From NCBI GenBank assembly GCA_013265495.1, contig MU058009.1, forward strand, positions 4,406,739 through 4,470,738: a stretch of DNA of 64,000 nucleotides, given 5' to 3'. The translations under genes were made by a program, and so were the position numbers. Of the stretch, positions 63,501 to 64,000 are shown piece after piece. How positions within the stretch are numbered: the first letter of the stretch is position 1; each line of letters begins with the position of its first letter. Origin of the DNA: Vicugna vicugna. Lineage: Eukaryota. The notes under the pieces were generated by a model, which had not been told where the DNA came from, ran no database searches, and saw only the letters and a program-made list of their open reading frames with translations.

Positions 63501-64000
63501 CACACGCGGGGCCAGTGACGCAGGGCCACAGCCTCGTCCCGGCCGCGAGCCGCGTAAATCTGGTGACGCCCTGCTCTCCGGGCTAACTGCAGCACAGCGC
63601 CCCCCCCCGGGGGGCTGGGAGATGTGGATTCTAATCCGATTTGCAAGTCACGTATGCCTCAGCTTCCCCAGCAGAAAGATGAGGGCGACGGTCTATCAGC
63701 TCACCTCGCACGTGTGCCGTGAGGCCCTGAGGAAGCGACGACCACAGGGAGGAGGGCTGCCTGATGGCGCTCACGCGGCGTCCTCACACTTCCGGGTCTC
63801 AGGACTCGCCGCCCCTTAATTCCCAAGGCCGCAAGACCTTGCTTTAGTGGACTACGACTACCAACATTTACCGTACTAGAAACTGAACCGAAAAAGACAA
63901 TGTTTAATGATTTCCTTAAAGTAATCATTACAAACTCATTACATGTGAACATAAGTAACACATTTCTACGGAAAACAGCTATCTTCCTAAGTAAAAGTTG

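Noticed and set aside
49470-64000. Search for the upstream OPCML exon (…PEPTVTWRHLSVK)
   Set aside because: Not found in any frame; it lies beyond the window, consistent with a long intron.

Overview
Mammalian genomic DNA, GC- and CpG-rich, with three N gaps. It is most likely camelid, judged by a Vic-1-type tRNA-derived SINE at about 13395-13560. The only protein-coding gene I can support is the 3' half of OPCML (IgLON-family, GPI-anchored Ig adhesion molecule) on the minus strand. It has three constitutive Ig-domain exons (49469-49332, 48987-48867, 48412-48261), a 27-nt neural microexon (47376-47350, EISPSPAVA) and the terminal GPI-signal exon (36654-36554), followed by a ~5 kb 3' UTR. Bases 49470-64000 are intron; 1 to about 31400 is intergenic DNA downstream of OPCML, with L1, L2, MIR and LTR relics and a 573-bp tandem duplication. 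The most interesting region is the 11.6 kb last intron. Besides the microexon, it holds several unannotated-looking splice cassettes: a 4-nt-shifted donor, a 36-nt cassette and a 19-nt cassette. The 36-nt and 19-nt cassettes each read through to a stop codon that overlaps an AATAAA. All could replace the GPI signal and give soluble OPCML; these are sequence-only predictions. A second signal is a strong A/T-to-G/C substitution bias in repeats and apparently in OPCML codons, suggesting GC-biased gene conversion. Comparisons with other species and repeat consensuses are from memory and need alignment to confirm.
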